Assembly (NCBI RefSeq): GCF_009914755.1
Contig: NC_060925.1
Strand: one strand, 5' to 3'
DNA length: 64,000 nt
From: the human T2T-CHM13v2.0 reference genome, Homo sapiens
Within the stretch, counting starts at the first letter, position 1, and each line of letters starts with the position of its first letter. The translations under genes were made by a program, and so were the position numbers. Of the stretch, positions 1-13,630 are shown piece after piece. The notes beneath the pieces were generated by a model that saw only the letters and a list, made by a program, of their open reading frames with translations, made no database searches and had not been told where the DNA came from.

Positions 1-2605
1 AAAGGGACTTCTCCCTAACTCATTTTATGAGGCCAGCATCATCTTGATATCAAAACCTGGCAGAGACACAAGAAAAAAAGAAAATTTCAGGCCAATACCC
101 AGGATGAACATTCATGCAAAAATCCTCAATAAAATACTGGCAAACCGAGTCCAGGAACACATCAAAAAGCTTATCCACCACAATCAAGCTGGCTTCATCT
201 CTGGGATGCAAGGCTGGTTCAACATATGCAAATCAATAAAGGTAATCCCTCCCATGAACATAACCAATGACAAAAACCACATGATTGTCTTAATAGATGC
301 AGAAAAGACCTTTGATAAAATTCAACACCGCTTCATGCCAAAAACTCTCAATAAACTAGGTTTTGATGGAACATATCTCAAAATAATAAGAGCTGTTTAT
401 AACAAACCCACAGCCAATACCATACTGAATGGGCAAAAGCTGGAAGTATTCCTTTTGAAAACTGGCACAAGACAAGGATGTCCTCTCTCACCACTCCTAT
501 TCAACGTAGTGTTGGAAGTTCTGGCCAGGGCAATCAGGCAAGAGAAAGAAATAAAGGGTATTCAAATAGAAAGAGAGGAAGTCAAATTGTCTCTGTTTTC
601 AGATGACATGATTGTATATTTTGAAAACTCCATCATCTCAGCCCAAAATCTCCTTAAACTGATAAGCAACTTCAGCAAAGTCTCAGGGTACAAAATCAAT
701 GTGCAAAACTCACAAGCATTCCTATACACCAATAACAGACAAACAGAGAGCCAAATCATGAGTGAACTCCCATTCACAATTGCTACAAAAAGAATAAAAT
801 ACCTAGCAATAAAACTTACAAGGGATGTGAAGGACTTCTTCAAGAAGAACTACAAACCACTGCTCAAGGAAACAAGAGAGGACACAAACAAATGAAAAAC
901 ATTCCATGCTCGTGGATAGGAAGAATCAATATTGTGAAAATGGGCATACTATCCAAAGTAATGTATAGATACAATGCTATCCCCATCAAGCCGTTGTTGA
1001 TTTTCTTCACAGAATTAGAAAAAACTACTTTAAATTTCATATGGAAACAAAAAAAGAGCCCATATAGTCAAGACAATCCTAAGCAAAAAGAACAAAGCTG
1101 GAGGCATCATGCTACCTGACTTCAAACTATACTACAAGGCTACAGTAACCAAAACATCATGGTACTGATGCCAAAACAGATATGCAGACCAATGGAACAT
1201 AACAGAGGCCTCAGAAATAACACTACACATCTACAACCATCTGATCTTTGACAACCCTGACAAAAACAGCAATGGGGAAAGGATTCCCTATTTAATAAAT
1301 GGTGTTGGGAAAACTGGCTAGCCATATGTAGAAAACTGAAACTGGACCCCTTCCTTAAACCTTACACAAAAATTAACTCAAGATGGATTCAAGACTTAAA
1401 TGTAAGACCGAAAATCATAAAAACCCTAGAAGAAAACCTAGGCAGTACCATTCAGGACATAGGCATGGGCAAAGACTTCATGACTAAAACACCAAAAGCA
1501 ATGGCAACACAAGCCAAAATTGACAAATGGGATCTAATTAAACTAAAGAGCTTCTGCACAGCAAAAAAAAAAAAAAAAAAAAAAACAAAAAAAAACTATT
1601 GTCAGAGTGAATAGGCAACCTATAGAATGGGAGAAAATTTTTTCAATCTATCCATCTGACAAAGGTCTAATATCCAGAATCTACAAGGAACTTAGACAAA
1701 TTTACAAGAAAAAAACAAACAGCCCCATCAAAAAGTGGGCTAAGGGTATGAACAGACACTTCTCAAAAGAAGACATTTATGCAGCCAACAAACATATGTA
1801 AAAAAGCTCTTTATCACTGGTCATTATAGAAATGCAAATCAAAACCAGAATGAGATACCATCTCATGCCAGTTAGAGTGGCAATCATTCAAGTCAGGAAA
1901 CAACAGATCCTGGAGAGGATGTGGAGAAATAGGAATGCTTTTACACTGTTGGTGGGAGTATAAATTAGTTCAACCATTTTGGAAGATAGTATGGTGATTC
2001 CTCAAGAATCTAGAACCAGAAATACCGTTTGACCCAGCAATCCCATTACTAGGTATATACCCAAGGGATTATAAATCATTCTACTTATAAAGACACATGC
2101 ACAGATATGTTTACTGCAGCACTATTTACAATTGCAAAGACTTGGAACCAACCCAAATGCCCATCAATGATACAGTGGATAAAGAAAATGTGGCACATGT
2201 ACACCATGGAATACTATGCAGCCATAAAAAGGAATGAGTTCATGTCCTTTAAAAAGACATGGAAAAGGCTGGAAACCATCATTCTCTGCAAACTAACACA
2301 GGAAGAGAAAACCAAACACCACATGTTGTCACTCATAAGTGGGAGTTGAAAAATGAGAGCACATGGACACAGGGAGGGGAACATCACACACTGGGGCCTG
2401 TCGGGGAATGGGGGGCAAGGGGAGGGATAGCATTAGGACAAATACCTAATGCATGCTGGGCTTGAAACCTGAATGACCGGTTGATGAGTGCAGCAAACCA
2501 CCATGGCACATGTATAACCTATGTAACAAAACTGCACATTCTGCACATGTATCGCAGAACTTAAAGTATAATAAAAAATAAAATAAATAAATTACATAAA
2601 ATAAA
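1..2605 (+). mobile_element. L1PA (probably L1PA6-8) 3' part: ORF2 RT and C-terminal region, 3' UTR, A-rich tail
   Basis: ORF 44..895 is the L1 ORF2 RT ([10 protein letters not shown]; LFSDDM where active L1 has FADDM). L1 3' UTR with G-rich tract ~2400-2430 and tail 'aaagtataataaaaaataaaataa' ~2563-2605. Element continues beyond the left edge. Confidence 0.97.
44..2349 (+). pseudogene. Disrupted L1 ORF2 (reverse transcriptase) remnant
   Basis: ORF2 is broken into fragments (44-895, 892-1119, 1607-1801, 2107-2349) by frameshifts and stops. Confidence 0.93.
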
Positions 2606-3117
2606 AGTTACTTATTCCACCAAACCTCATGTTGTTCTAACTTCTAAACAATTGCTATTATTAATATTGATTTTAATAATACATATTTCACTTTCAAATT
2701 AGCACCTTTTAAAAACTTACCGTTTAATAAATATTCTGTCTTATAAAGGAGTTAATGTGGAGTACTTCAGTTAAATACTTGACCATGACAGGTATATAAA
2801 TTCATTCTAAGAGTAAATTTATAAATTTTGGAATAATTAGAGTGCATTTTGTATACAGTTTTGTCTACAACTCCTAAAAGCTATATATTCCTGTACTTAA
2901 ACTGTAATTCAAAATAATAAATGATAACACTGTTATTGTAAAGATAAAGAAACAGAACTTGAGTTTTTCAATTTTGTCATTTGGTATGACCACATGGAGT
3001 TACTGTGTTTAAATTTTAAACAACAAAACAGAGTGAACCTGTGAGGTGTAATATTTGTTTGGGGAAAGTAAATAGTTCATATGCGAAACTTTTATATGAT
3101 TTCGAAAAATAATTTTT

Positions 3118-3462
3118 TAAGGAACTAAATCATGTCCTTTGCACCAACACAGTTGCAGCTGGAGCCATCCTCCTAAGTGAGTTATCACAGAAACAGGAAA
3201 CCAAATACTGCATGTTCTCACTTGTAAGTGGGAGCTAAACACTGGGTACACACGGATACAAATATGGAAACAATAAATCCTGGGGACTCCAAAAACAAAG
3301 AGGGAGAGAGGACAGAAGGGTTGAAAAATTACCTATCCGGTATTCTGTTCACTGCTTAGGTGATGGGATCATTAGAAGCCCAAATCTCAGCATCACACAA
3401 TATACCCATGTAACAAACTTGCACAAAACTAAACTAAAACTAAAATAAAATAAATAAAATAT
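3118..3462 (+). mobile_element. 5'-truncated L1 3' end (older L1PA/L1PB type)
   Basis: 'catgttctcacttgtaagtgggagctaaac...tatacccatgtaacaaacttgcac' followed by an A-rich tail. Confidence 0.9.
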
Positions 3463-3900
3463 TTTAAAATTGACATGTATCCCCCTTTACATTGTTATCT
3501 ATTTATCTTTAGGTTAAAGAAGAAATGCAGATGTATAAAATTACTTCAGTCATACAATTTAGTCATAGTATAAATTGTTCCCTTTGCAGACATTTTTGTT
3601 GTATTAAAATTCACTTAGTTATTAGACAATTATTTACATAACACATTTTCCATAGAATTTTAATATAAGCATCAAAGCTAAAACTGCTAGGTTAATATAA
3701 AAGCTGCTGAATTGTGCACTTTCGTCCTACAGGAACTTGGAAGACCTTTCAGTCATTTAGAATATTGTTCCAAAATTGGAAACTGTTTAATAAATTTGTT
3801 GAATTTTATAAAGAAATTTGGAGTAAAAAACCCCACACATACATAAAAGGGCAATGACCCAGTGGGGCTCAACAGAGAATTGTTTTTTAAAAAAGCAAAA

Positions 3901-4277
<377 letters not shown>

Positions 4278-5099
4278 TCATATAGTTTATGAACGTTTTA
4301 AATAAATCCAAGTTGGTATATCTAAAGCATGGATAATAGAAACACCCAGGATTCAGATGATACTGGTATAAAAGATAGCAATGAATTATCTTCTACAAGC
4401 ATTGACAAGGAAGAGAAAGGAATGCTAGCAAATACTATCACGGAGGATTTTTTTAAATTGAGAAGAAAATGGCATTAATAAAGCCAAGACACTGATGAAG
4501 AAGAGACAGTGAATGACATTTTAATCTAATTTGATGTTAGTGATGACCAATGCCGTTTCCAGATGGTAGGAGTTAATCTGATTAAGAGAGGAAGTGAACC
4601 TATTCCGAATACATATGGACTCTTCTCTGCAGCTCAAAGACAAGGAAAAAAGAGCAAAGGAAGCACCAAAGAAATGAAAACTTCATGATTTTAGAAATCC
4701 TTACCAAACAGTGAAAAAACATGGCAATATTTTCAAGGTTGAAATAATTATTTTGTTTTCGCAGGCTATAGATACTGGAACAAAAAAATGAACATTCAAC
4801 TTTATAACTGGCTCTAAACCTGAAAATTAAATCCTAAGGTCTGTGTGATATCTCAATAACGTCTCCCCTACTTTTCTAACCCTTGTTGTTATTATTTTAT
4901 TTCAAGACTGTTACTGAAAATAATTTTGTCATACAAAGGAGAGAGTGTTAAAAAGGATTTGCTCCAGGTATCAAATATGCTAGGTATGCCATTGTTAGAC
5001 AAAATAATAAAATCAATAATTTTTCTAAAGTGACCCTTTTTATGCTACAGAAATACCTGAGTGACTTGTTGAAGGCATTCTATCTTTTGATGATTCTCT

Positions 5100-5860
5100 T
5101 TACTTAGATTTCCAAAAATCTACAGATAAGCAACAAATAGTAAACATATATAAAAACACTTATCTTTAACACTAATTATAGTGATATAAATTAAAGCAAC
5201 ATGATGTTATTATTCATATATGAGACTTGATTTTTCAAATTGTTATCATAATACCCTATACTAGTAAGACTAGCACATCTATATAGCACTGATAGCAGTG
5301 GGAATTTGCATGATGATATGGCAACAAATTAAAAAAAATACACTGAGGTATTTGTATATTAGGCCCAGGAATCTTAAATCTTAAACCCGAGGAAAAAAAT
5401 ATATATTTAAAACATTCCTTGTATAAATTACAATCTATAATGAGGACATGTGCCATAGTTTATTTTACAGCTTCACTATATATGGGAATTTACAGTATTT
5501 CAACATTTTTCAATTAGAAACAAAGCTGTATTGTGCACATTTATTTTCATACTGTTGGAGGGGCACTTCAGGATAAATTTTTAGTGGTAGAATTACTGAG
5601 TCAAAAGATGAACACATATGTAGTTGTGTTAGATATTTCCAGATTTCTTGCCAAAAAGGTTTATACAAATTTGCTTTTTCACCAACAATGTGTGACTGTG
5701 CTTGTTTCCCTAAAGCCCTGCCAACAGAATGTGTTGTCATACTTTTTTCTACTTTTGACAATATTATAGGTGAAAAATGATATTTCAGTATGTTTTTTTA
5801 AAATTTGGGCCATCACACATTTTATTAGCTTATTCATATTCATAAAAATTTTAAAGACTG
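5100..5860. mobile_element. Old L1M fragments (+ strand ~5100-5500, - strand ~5500-5860)
   Basis: Degenerate L1 ORF2-end/3' motifs, e.g. 'ttttcaccaacaatgtgtgactgtgcttgtttccc'. Confidence 0.55.
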
Positions 5861-5864
5861 TTAG

Positions 5865-7605
5865 TTTTTTTAAATTGTGGTAAAATATACATAACATAAA
5901 ATATATCATCTTAATTATTCTTAAGCGTACAGTTCAGTTATGTTAAGTATGTTTACTTGCTTAACCAATCTCTACAACTTTTCATCTTGCAAAACTGAAA
6001 CTGTGTACCCATTAAAATTTTCCCTCTTCCCATCCCCTGGCAACCACCATTCTACTTTGTTTCTATGAAATGGACTATTCTAGACACTTCACATAAACAG
6101 AATCATGTAGTATTTGTCTTTTTGTTACTGGCTTATTTCACTTAATGTCCTTAAGTTTCAGCCACATTGTAATATGTGTCAGAATTTTCATTCTTTGTAA
6201 GACTGAAAATTATTCCATTGTATGTGTATACCACTTTTTGTTTATTCGTCTGTCCATGGGCACTTGCGTTGCTTTCACTTGGCTATTGTGAATAGTGTTC
6301 CTATGAATATGGATGTGCACATGTCTCTTTGGGACTCTGCTTTCCACTCTTTTTTGTAACTACTCAGGAGTGGAATTGCTGGGTCATATGGTAATTCTGT
6401 TTTTGGGTTTTGAGAAACTGCCATACTGTTTTCCACAGCATTTGCACCATTTTACATTTCCCACCGACAGTGTACAAGAGTTCTGATTTCTCCACATCCT
6501 TGTTAACACTTGTTATTTTCTGGGGGTTTTTTTTGGGGGGGTAATAACCATCCTAATGAATAAGAGGTGGTATTTCATTGTAGTTTTGATTTGCATTTCC
6601 CTAGTGACTACTGATGTTGAGCATGACAATTTAGATATATTATTTAGATAAATGTCTATTCAAATCCTTTGCCCTTTTAAAAAAATGGGTTATATATATG
6701 TTTTTTGCTTGGGTTGTAGTAGGTCTTTATATATTCTGGATATTAACCACTTATCAGATATATCACTTGCAAATATTTTCTCCAATTCTGTAGGTTGCGT
6801 TTTCACTCTGTTAATTGTGTCATTTGATACACAGAAGTTTTAAATTTTGATTTAGTCTAACTTGTCTATTTTTATTTTTGTTACCTTTGCCTTTGGTGTC
6901 ATATCCAAGAAATTGATAAATCCAATATCATACAGCTTTCCCCTATGTTTTCTTCAAAGGGTTTTATAATTCTGGCCTTGTGTATAAGTCATTGATCCAC
7001 TCTGAGTTGTTTTTTTTTTTTTTTTTGTATAAGGTAAGGGTCCAGCTTCATAATCTTGAATGTAGATGTCCAGTTTTCCCAACATTTTTTGAAGAGACTG
7101 TCCTTTCCCCATTAAGTGGTCTTTACATTTTTGTCAAGAAACGTTTGATTATATATGCCGGAATTTATTTTTTGTCTCTCTATTCTATCCCATTGGTCTA
7201 TATGTCTGTTTCTTTGTCAGTACCACACTGCTTTGATTACTGTAGCTTTGTAGTAAGTTTTAAAATCAGGAAATGTGAGAACTCTAGCTTTGTTCTTCTT
7301 TTGATTGTTTTAGCTCTCCAGGGTCTCTTGAGATTTGAAATGAATTTTAGGATGCTTCTTCTATTTCTGCAGAAATGTTGTTGTATTTTTGTAGAGATTG
7401 CATTAAATCTGTCAATCATTTTGGATAGTATTGATATCTTAACAATATTAAGCCTTTCAATTCTTGAACACAGATGTCTTTTCATTTATTTGTGTCTTCT
7501 CTAGTTTCTTTCAGCAACATTTGTAGTTTTCATTGTACAGCCTTTAGTCCCCTTAGGTTTATTCTAAAATATTTTATTCTTTTTGATGCTATTATAAATG
7601 TTTTG
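5865..7605 (-). mobile_element. L1MB-type 3' part
   Basis: L1MB 3' end 'aaattgtggtaaaatatacataacataaaat...tacagttcagt'; ORF 7237..7485(-) is an ORF2 C-terminal fragment. Confidence 0.9.
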
Positions 7606-7609
7606 ATGT

Positions 7610-8470
7610 AGGTTTAATCTGTGGGTCCCTAATTATTATATATTTTATATAAAGTTTCTACTCAGAATTTTTGCCCATTTTTGTAATGAGTTTTTATTTT
7701 TCCTCTTCCCCTTAATCAACTTTTACTGTTACCAAATAATGATTTTATAATCCCTATATTCTTTCTACATTTATTAGTTGGCATTTGACTGTAAATAAGA
7801 TCTTTTCCCTTACTATCATTATTTACTTGAATGCCTAAAATTGTCATAGGTTTGTGCAGTAGAAGCCTCTTCATGCTCTCTCGTGTCCTCTGAAATGATC
7901 ATCATTCTTTAAGTGCTACCATACTTTCTGAAACAGTAAGGTATTTCAAGCTCGTTTTTAACTTCTACAACCCAAGCCTGGAATAAATCATTTCTCCAAG
8001 GATCTCTAGTTTCTTTTTAGTGGAGGAAAGTGTTTTGTAACAAAGATCTGGGTTCTAGGTGTGCTTATGCCTACCGGAGTATCATTGCTTGTAGGCCCTG
8101 CCAACAGACAGATCTAAGAAATGTGACTATGTATATAAAAATATATGTATGTCTATACATAAACAAACCCCTGAACCTAACTGTATCAATATCTGAGTTT
8201 ATATCTGTACCTCTACCTGCATCAAACTATGAGTTTACAGTGAAAGATTTAATTCAAATTCAGTATCAATGGTTTCATTATATATTTTCCTCTTTGATGT
8301 ATAACTTCTTCAACTGTGAAAAATATGCTTCTTATTATCTATAATATGTTTAATTTTTGCTCAAGCTAGGATATACACAAAGCAGCTTTAGAGTTGCTAA
8401 CTCATCTAGATGAAAAAAAAACCTGAGAGTTCGATATTTGTTTACAGTATTTTTCTGTAGCCTGTAAAAA
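7610..8470 (-). mobile_element. Old L1 3' region (L1MC4/5-like)
   Basis: 'cccaagcctggaataaatcatttctccaagga...aagatctgggttctaggtgtgctta'. Confidence 0.65.
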
Positions 8471-8483
8471 TGTACTTGGAGTG

Positions 8484-8848
<365 letters not shown>

Positions 8849-9949
8849 TCAGTGTGGTTATGTTTTTTATTTAAAGATAGTTTTTAAATTTAATTTAAAA
8901 TTTTTAAAATTTATTTTTAAATTTTCTGGTGAGATGATTTTTTTGTTTATTTTCAGATTGAATTTTTCAGACACACTTCTAGATACTCCAATAGTTTTTT
9001 TTTAATTGTGGGATATAGCTAATTGTGGTGCTTAAAAGGAAATTGATAGATTTACCTGCTTATGTTAGAAGAAAGAAAGCCTGAAAATTGATGTTCTATG
9101 CATACAACTTAATAATTAAGAAAAAGTAAAAATAGAGTGAGCCAACCAAGTAGAAAGAAATAAATAATTTTGTTAAGATAAAGAAAAAAATAACGAAGGC
9201 ACAGATACCAGATTTTGAAAGAGTATAATCTAACTACAGTTGTAGTAGAGATGAAAAGATATTAAAACAAAATACAAATAACTTTAGGCAATACATTTGA
9301 AAACTTAGATGAAGTGTTTAACTCTTAGAAAAAAATGTAAATTACTAACTGAATTTGATAAGAAATAGAAAACATGAATTGTTTTATAACCATCGAAGAA
9401 ATTAAATAGCAGTTTTAAAAACATCCTAGAAGAAAAGTAACAGGCCCAAAATTTTTGCAGGTAACTCTTACTGAATATTCATGGATTAGAAAACATAAAT
9501 ACTACAAACATCTTGCAGATTAAGGGAACAAAAGGGACATTTATGGCCAAGTAAACATTTGATATCAAAACCAGACAAGAACAGTTTAAAAAAATGAGTA
9601 GGAAATATTGCAGGCCAAAATCATTCATAATCATATATGCCAAAACCCTAAACAAAATATTAGCAACTAAATTTAGCAGTGCATGGAAAGAAATACACTA
9701 TGACAGAATGTAAATGTTGCAGAATTCAGTTTAGTTAAGCACTAGAAAAAAAATCTATTGATGTGATCTACCTCAACATAAACAAGAAAAATTACATTAT
9801 TCTTTTCAATAGATGCTGGGGAAAAATCCATTGATAGTGCCTGGCATCTGCTCATGATTATAACTTTTATTAAACCAAGAATTAAAAAGAACTTCCTTAA
9901 TATAATAAAGAATATTTGTAAAAAAAAATAAATATTATATTTAGTAGTA

Positions 9950-10123
9950 CATTTTTATTTGTACACATTTATGGGGTACATGTGAAATTTTGTTACATGT
10001 ATGTAATGCATGGTGACCAAGACAGGGTATTTAGAGTGTTCATCACCTGAATAGAATACATTTTTGTTAAGTGCAGTCACCTTATTCTGCTATCAAGCAT
10101 TGAATGTGTTCCTTCTATCTTAC
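9950..10123 (-). mobile_element. Short L1MA 3' tip
   Basis: 'tacacatttatggggtacatgtgaaattttgttacatg'; 9-bp TSD ttagtagta at 9941-9949 and 10124-10132. Confidence 0.85.
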
Positions 10124-10314
10124 TTAGTAGTAAAATATTAAAAACATTCCTTTAAACTGTGTCTGCTATCATCAGTTCTATTCAACATCATCTTGAAGAT
10201 CCTTGTCAGTAGAAAAAGACAAGAAAAATAATATAAAAGTTAGTAAGAGGAAAAATAAAACCAGGTTTGTCAGATATAAGATCAATGTAAAAAGTTATCT
10301 GCATTTCTATATAC

Positions 10315-10664
10315 TACAGGTTATCTTTTATTCAAAATTCTTGAGACCAAGAAGTGTTTTGGGTTTCGGATCATTTGGGATTTTTGAGTATTTGCATATA
10401 TATAAAACTTGGGGATGGGACCCAAGTCTAAACACAAAATGTGTGTCTTAAATACACTTTATACATATAGCCTGAGGTAAGTTTCTACAGTATTTTAAAT
10501 AATTTTGTGCATGAAGCAAAGTTTTAACTTCATTTTGACTGCAACCTGTCACATGAGTTTAGATGTGGAATTTTTCACTTGTGATGTCATGCTGGCATTC
10601 AAAAAGTTTTGCATTTTGGAGCATTTTAAATTTCAGAGTTTTGGACTAGCAGTGCTCAACCTAT
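10315..10664 (-). mobile_element. Tigger4b-like (TcMar) non-autonomous DNA transposon
   Basis: TA-flanked ends 'tacaggtt...' and '...ctcaacctat'; internal 'gtggaatttttcacttgtgatgtcatgctggcattcaaaaagtttt'. Confidence 0.85.
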
Positions 10665-11449
10665 GTGCTCTTTAAAACAGCAGCAGCAAATATAAGATAA
10701 TTTTCTTAGATGTGGAAGTAATTTATGGAGTAAATTATATTGACAGTTATTAAAGGATATTCAAAGAGAGGGAGATATATACTAAATTCATGGGGGAGGA
10801 ACCATATTATAAAGAAATTAATTCTTGCCAAATTTAATGGAGATTTTACCAAAAATATCAAAAGTTTTTATGAAATTTAGCAAGTTGATTCTACAATTTA
10901 TATGGCATAAAAAATGGCCAAGAGTAACCAAGCTGTACTTCAAGAACAGGGTAGTAGATTTTCCCTACCAGATAAAAAGACAAATTATAAAGTTAAAGTA
11001 ATTATGGATATATAGAAATAGACAAACAGACCACTAAAACAACAAGAGAACCAAGAAACAGAACTGTGTGTGATATATGCACGTGGTGCATGAGAAATGA
11101 TGGTCTTTTAAAACATGGTGCTTTGTCAATCATCTAGCTATATTAAACAAAAATAACTCTCCCTTACACTATACAGAGAAGTCAGTTTTGTTTGTGTTTT
11201 AAATCTAATGAAGAATTAAAAAATAAAACTACAAAATAACATAGAAGCACAAACCATAAAGGAAGATACTGATAAACTGAATTATATAAATGTAAGAAAT
11301 TTTGATAATCAAAAATAACAATAAAAGAATGAAAAGGCATATCACAGATGGAGAGAAGACATGCGCAACATACATAACTAACAAAGGAGCTGTATCTATT
11401 TGCAATATATAATCTAGTATAGGTATCCAACATGTAAAAATTTCAGTAA

Positions 11450-11580
11450 GAAAACCTATCGGGTAGTATGCTTATTACCTGGGTGATGAAGTAATTTGTA
11501 CACCAAACCTCCTTTGACACACAATTTATCTATATAACAAACTTGCAGATGTATCCATGAAACTAAAGTTTAAAAAAAAG
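11450..11580 (+). mobile_element. Short L1PA/PB 3' tip
   Basis: 'tatcgggtagtatgcttattacctgggtgatgaa...tataacaaacttgca'. Confidence 0.75.
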
Positions 11581-12499
11581 TTTAGTTTGTCATAGACAAA
11601 AAAAAGGAAGAAAGAAAATCAGATAAGTCAGTAGAAAACTGTATAAAAGACTTGAATAGATACTTCAAGGAGGAGGGTATCCAAATGGCCAATAAACATA
11701 TGAAAAAGCGCCCATATTTATTAATAATTAGGGAATTGCAGATTTAAATAATAACAAAATACCACTAAATATCCATCAGAATGGCTAAAGTCAGAAAGAT
11801 TAACAATACCGTTCATTGGCAGGAGTATGGCACAACTATAACCCTCATCCACCGTGGGTGAAATTGTAATTTGGTACAACCCTTTTAGAAAACTCTGACA
11901 ATATCTACTAAAGCTGTTAATACCCATGTTTTATTACCCAGCCATTCTCCTAAGTATATATCCAAAATAAATGTGGTACCTGTTTTCTAGGAGATGTGTA
12001 AAAATGTTTGCGTTGGTAATAACTCAAACTGGAGACAATACATATATTCATCAAGAGTAGAATGGGTAAATAAGTTGTGGTATAATTCATATAACTGTGT
12101 ATTTCATATTTAAACAAAAAGGAATGAACTGCTGTTAAATGCAACAACATGGGTGAACATCAAAACATGATATTTAAGACAGAAGCCAGACACAGAAGAT
12201 TAAACTTTTGATTTCATTTACCTGAGCTTTGAAAACTGTAAAAACAAAATTATTGGGTTGTAAGTCAAAATAGTAGTTATACTTGGTGGAGAAGGCAGGG
12301 AGTAGGAGTTGGGAGAGGCCATGACAGGAAGAGGGGAGGAACTCTGGAGTTCTGGCATATCTTTTATTTCTTGATCTGAATGGTGTTTATCCCGGTGATC
12401 ACTTCATGATAATTAATCTGTGCATTTACACGTCGCGCACTTTTCTGTATGTGAGAATACTTTGCAATAAGAAAATACTTTTAAATTCCAGTGGAATTA

Positions 12500-13630
12500 G
12501 CATAAATCTGAGAGGCAGAGCTATTAATTTTTTAGAATCAATATAATAGAATTCTTTCTGACCGTAAGATAGGGAAAGTTTTAACATAGAAAACTCAAAA
12601 TACCACAAAGAAAATTATTTGATAAATATCGAAAAAGTTTTACATTAAAATTTAGAATTATTTTTCACTGCAAGATGTCATAAAGTAAAAAGATAAGCCA
12701 CAGACCTGACAAATATATTTGTAACACATATAACTGAAAAAGGATTAGCCTTCAGAATATATAAGAAAATAGACAAATACACCAATATATAAAGGAACAA
12801 AAGACATGAGCAGGTAATTCAAAAAAGAACACATGAATGGCCAATAATCATATCTGAAGCTATTCAACCTCATTAATAATTAGAAAATGGAAATTAAAAT
12901 TAGCAGATTTTGCCAGAACTATAAAATATGACAATTCCAATTGCTGGTGTGGGTATGGAGCAACAGGAACTCATACACTGTTGACAAAATAATAAATTGG
13001 TATAATCATTCCAGTGGACATTTTTGCATTACCTGATAAAGATTTGCATGTACTCCATGGTCAGCAGTTCTACTCTTGGGGATATTCCTCAGGAAACTTC
13101 AGTTTGTGCCAGAGACCATGTACAAGAACATCCATGTTAGTATTGCTTATACTAGTAAAATACTGGATATAATGTGTACGTCCATCAAGAGATGAATGGG
13201 TACTAAATTATGTTTATCCATACAAAGAGAACATTTTGCAGCTGTGAAATTTAAGGACTATATGCATCGATGTGGATAAATTCTTAGGAACACATCATTG
13301 AGCCATAATAAGACAGTCACAAAAGAATACTTAGTATGTTTCCAATAAATGAAGTTTAAATAAGAGTTAAGACTAATTTAATAGTTGGGGATGGATACCT
13401 TTGTGATAATAATATAAAGAAAAGCAAATAAATGAAAAAGACAAAATGCAGCGTAGTGATCAAATTTCAAGAGAAGGAAGAGGAATGCAATCAAGAAGGG
13501 ACCCACAGGGGCAGTAAAGATATTGGTGATAATCTGTTAAGATGGACTTTTGCTTTATTATTATTATTAAACTCTACGTATACATTATATACACTCTTTT
13601 ATATGCATGATACATTTCATAATAATTTGT
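12500..13630 (+). mobile_element. Second old L1ME 3' region
   Basis: 'gagcaacaggaactcatacactgttgac', 'tttatatgcatgatacatttcataataa'. Confidence 0.75.

Larger units (their letters stand above)
9000..12485 (+). mobile_element. Fragmented old L1M(E), ORF2 to 3' UTR, with nested insertions
   Basis: Degenerate ORF2 motifs ('aaccctaaacaaaatattagcaactaaatttagcag', 'ccaaatggccaataaacatatgaaaaagc') and an L1ME-type 3' UTR ending ~12480. Confidence 0.8.

Noticed and set aside
44-895. 283-aa RT ORF as an active gene or novel RT system
   Set aside because: It is an ordinary L1 ORF2 fragment with an altered FADD motif (FSDD) and downstream frameshifts
6980-7504. Hydrophobic 174-aa ORF (also 58993..59502) resembling a membrane protein
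   Set aside because: Antisense frame of A-rich L1 ORF2
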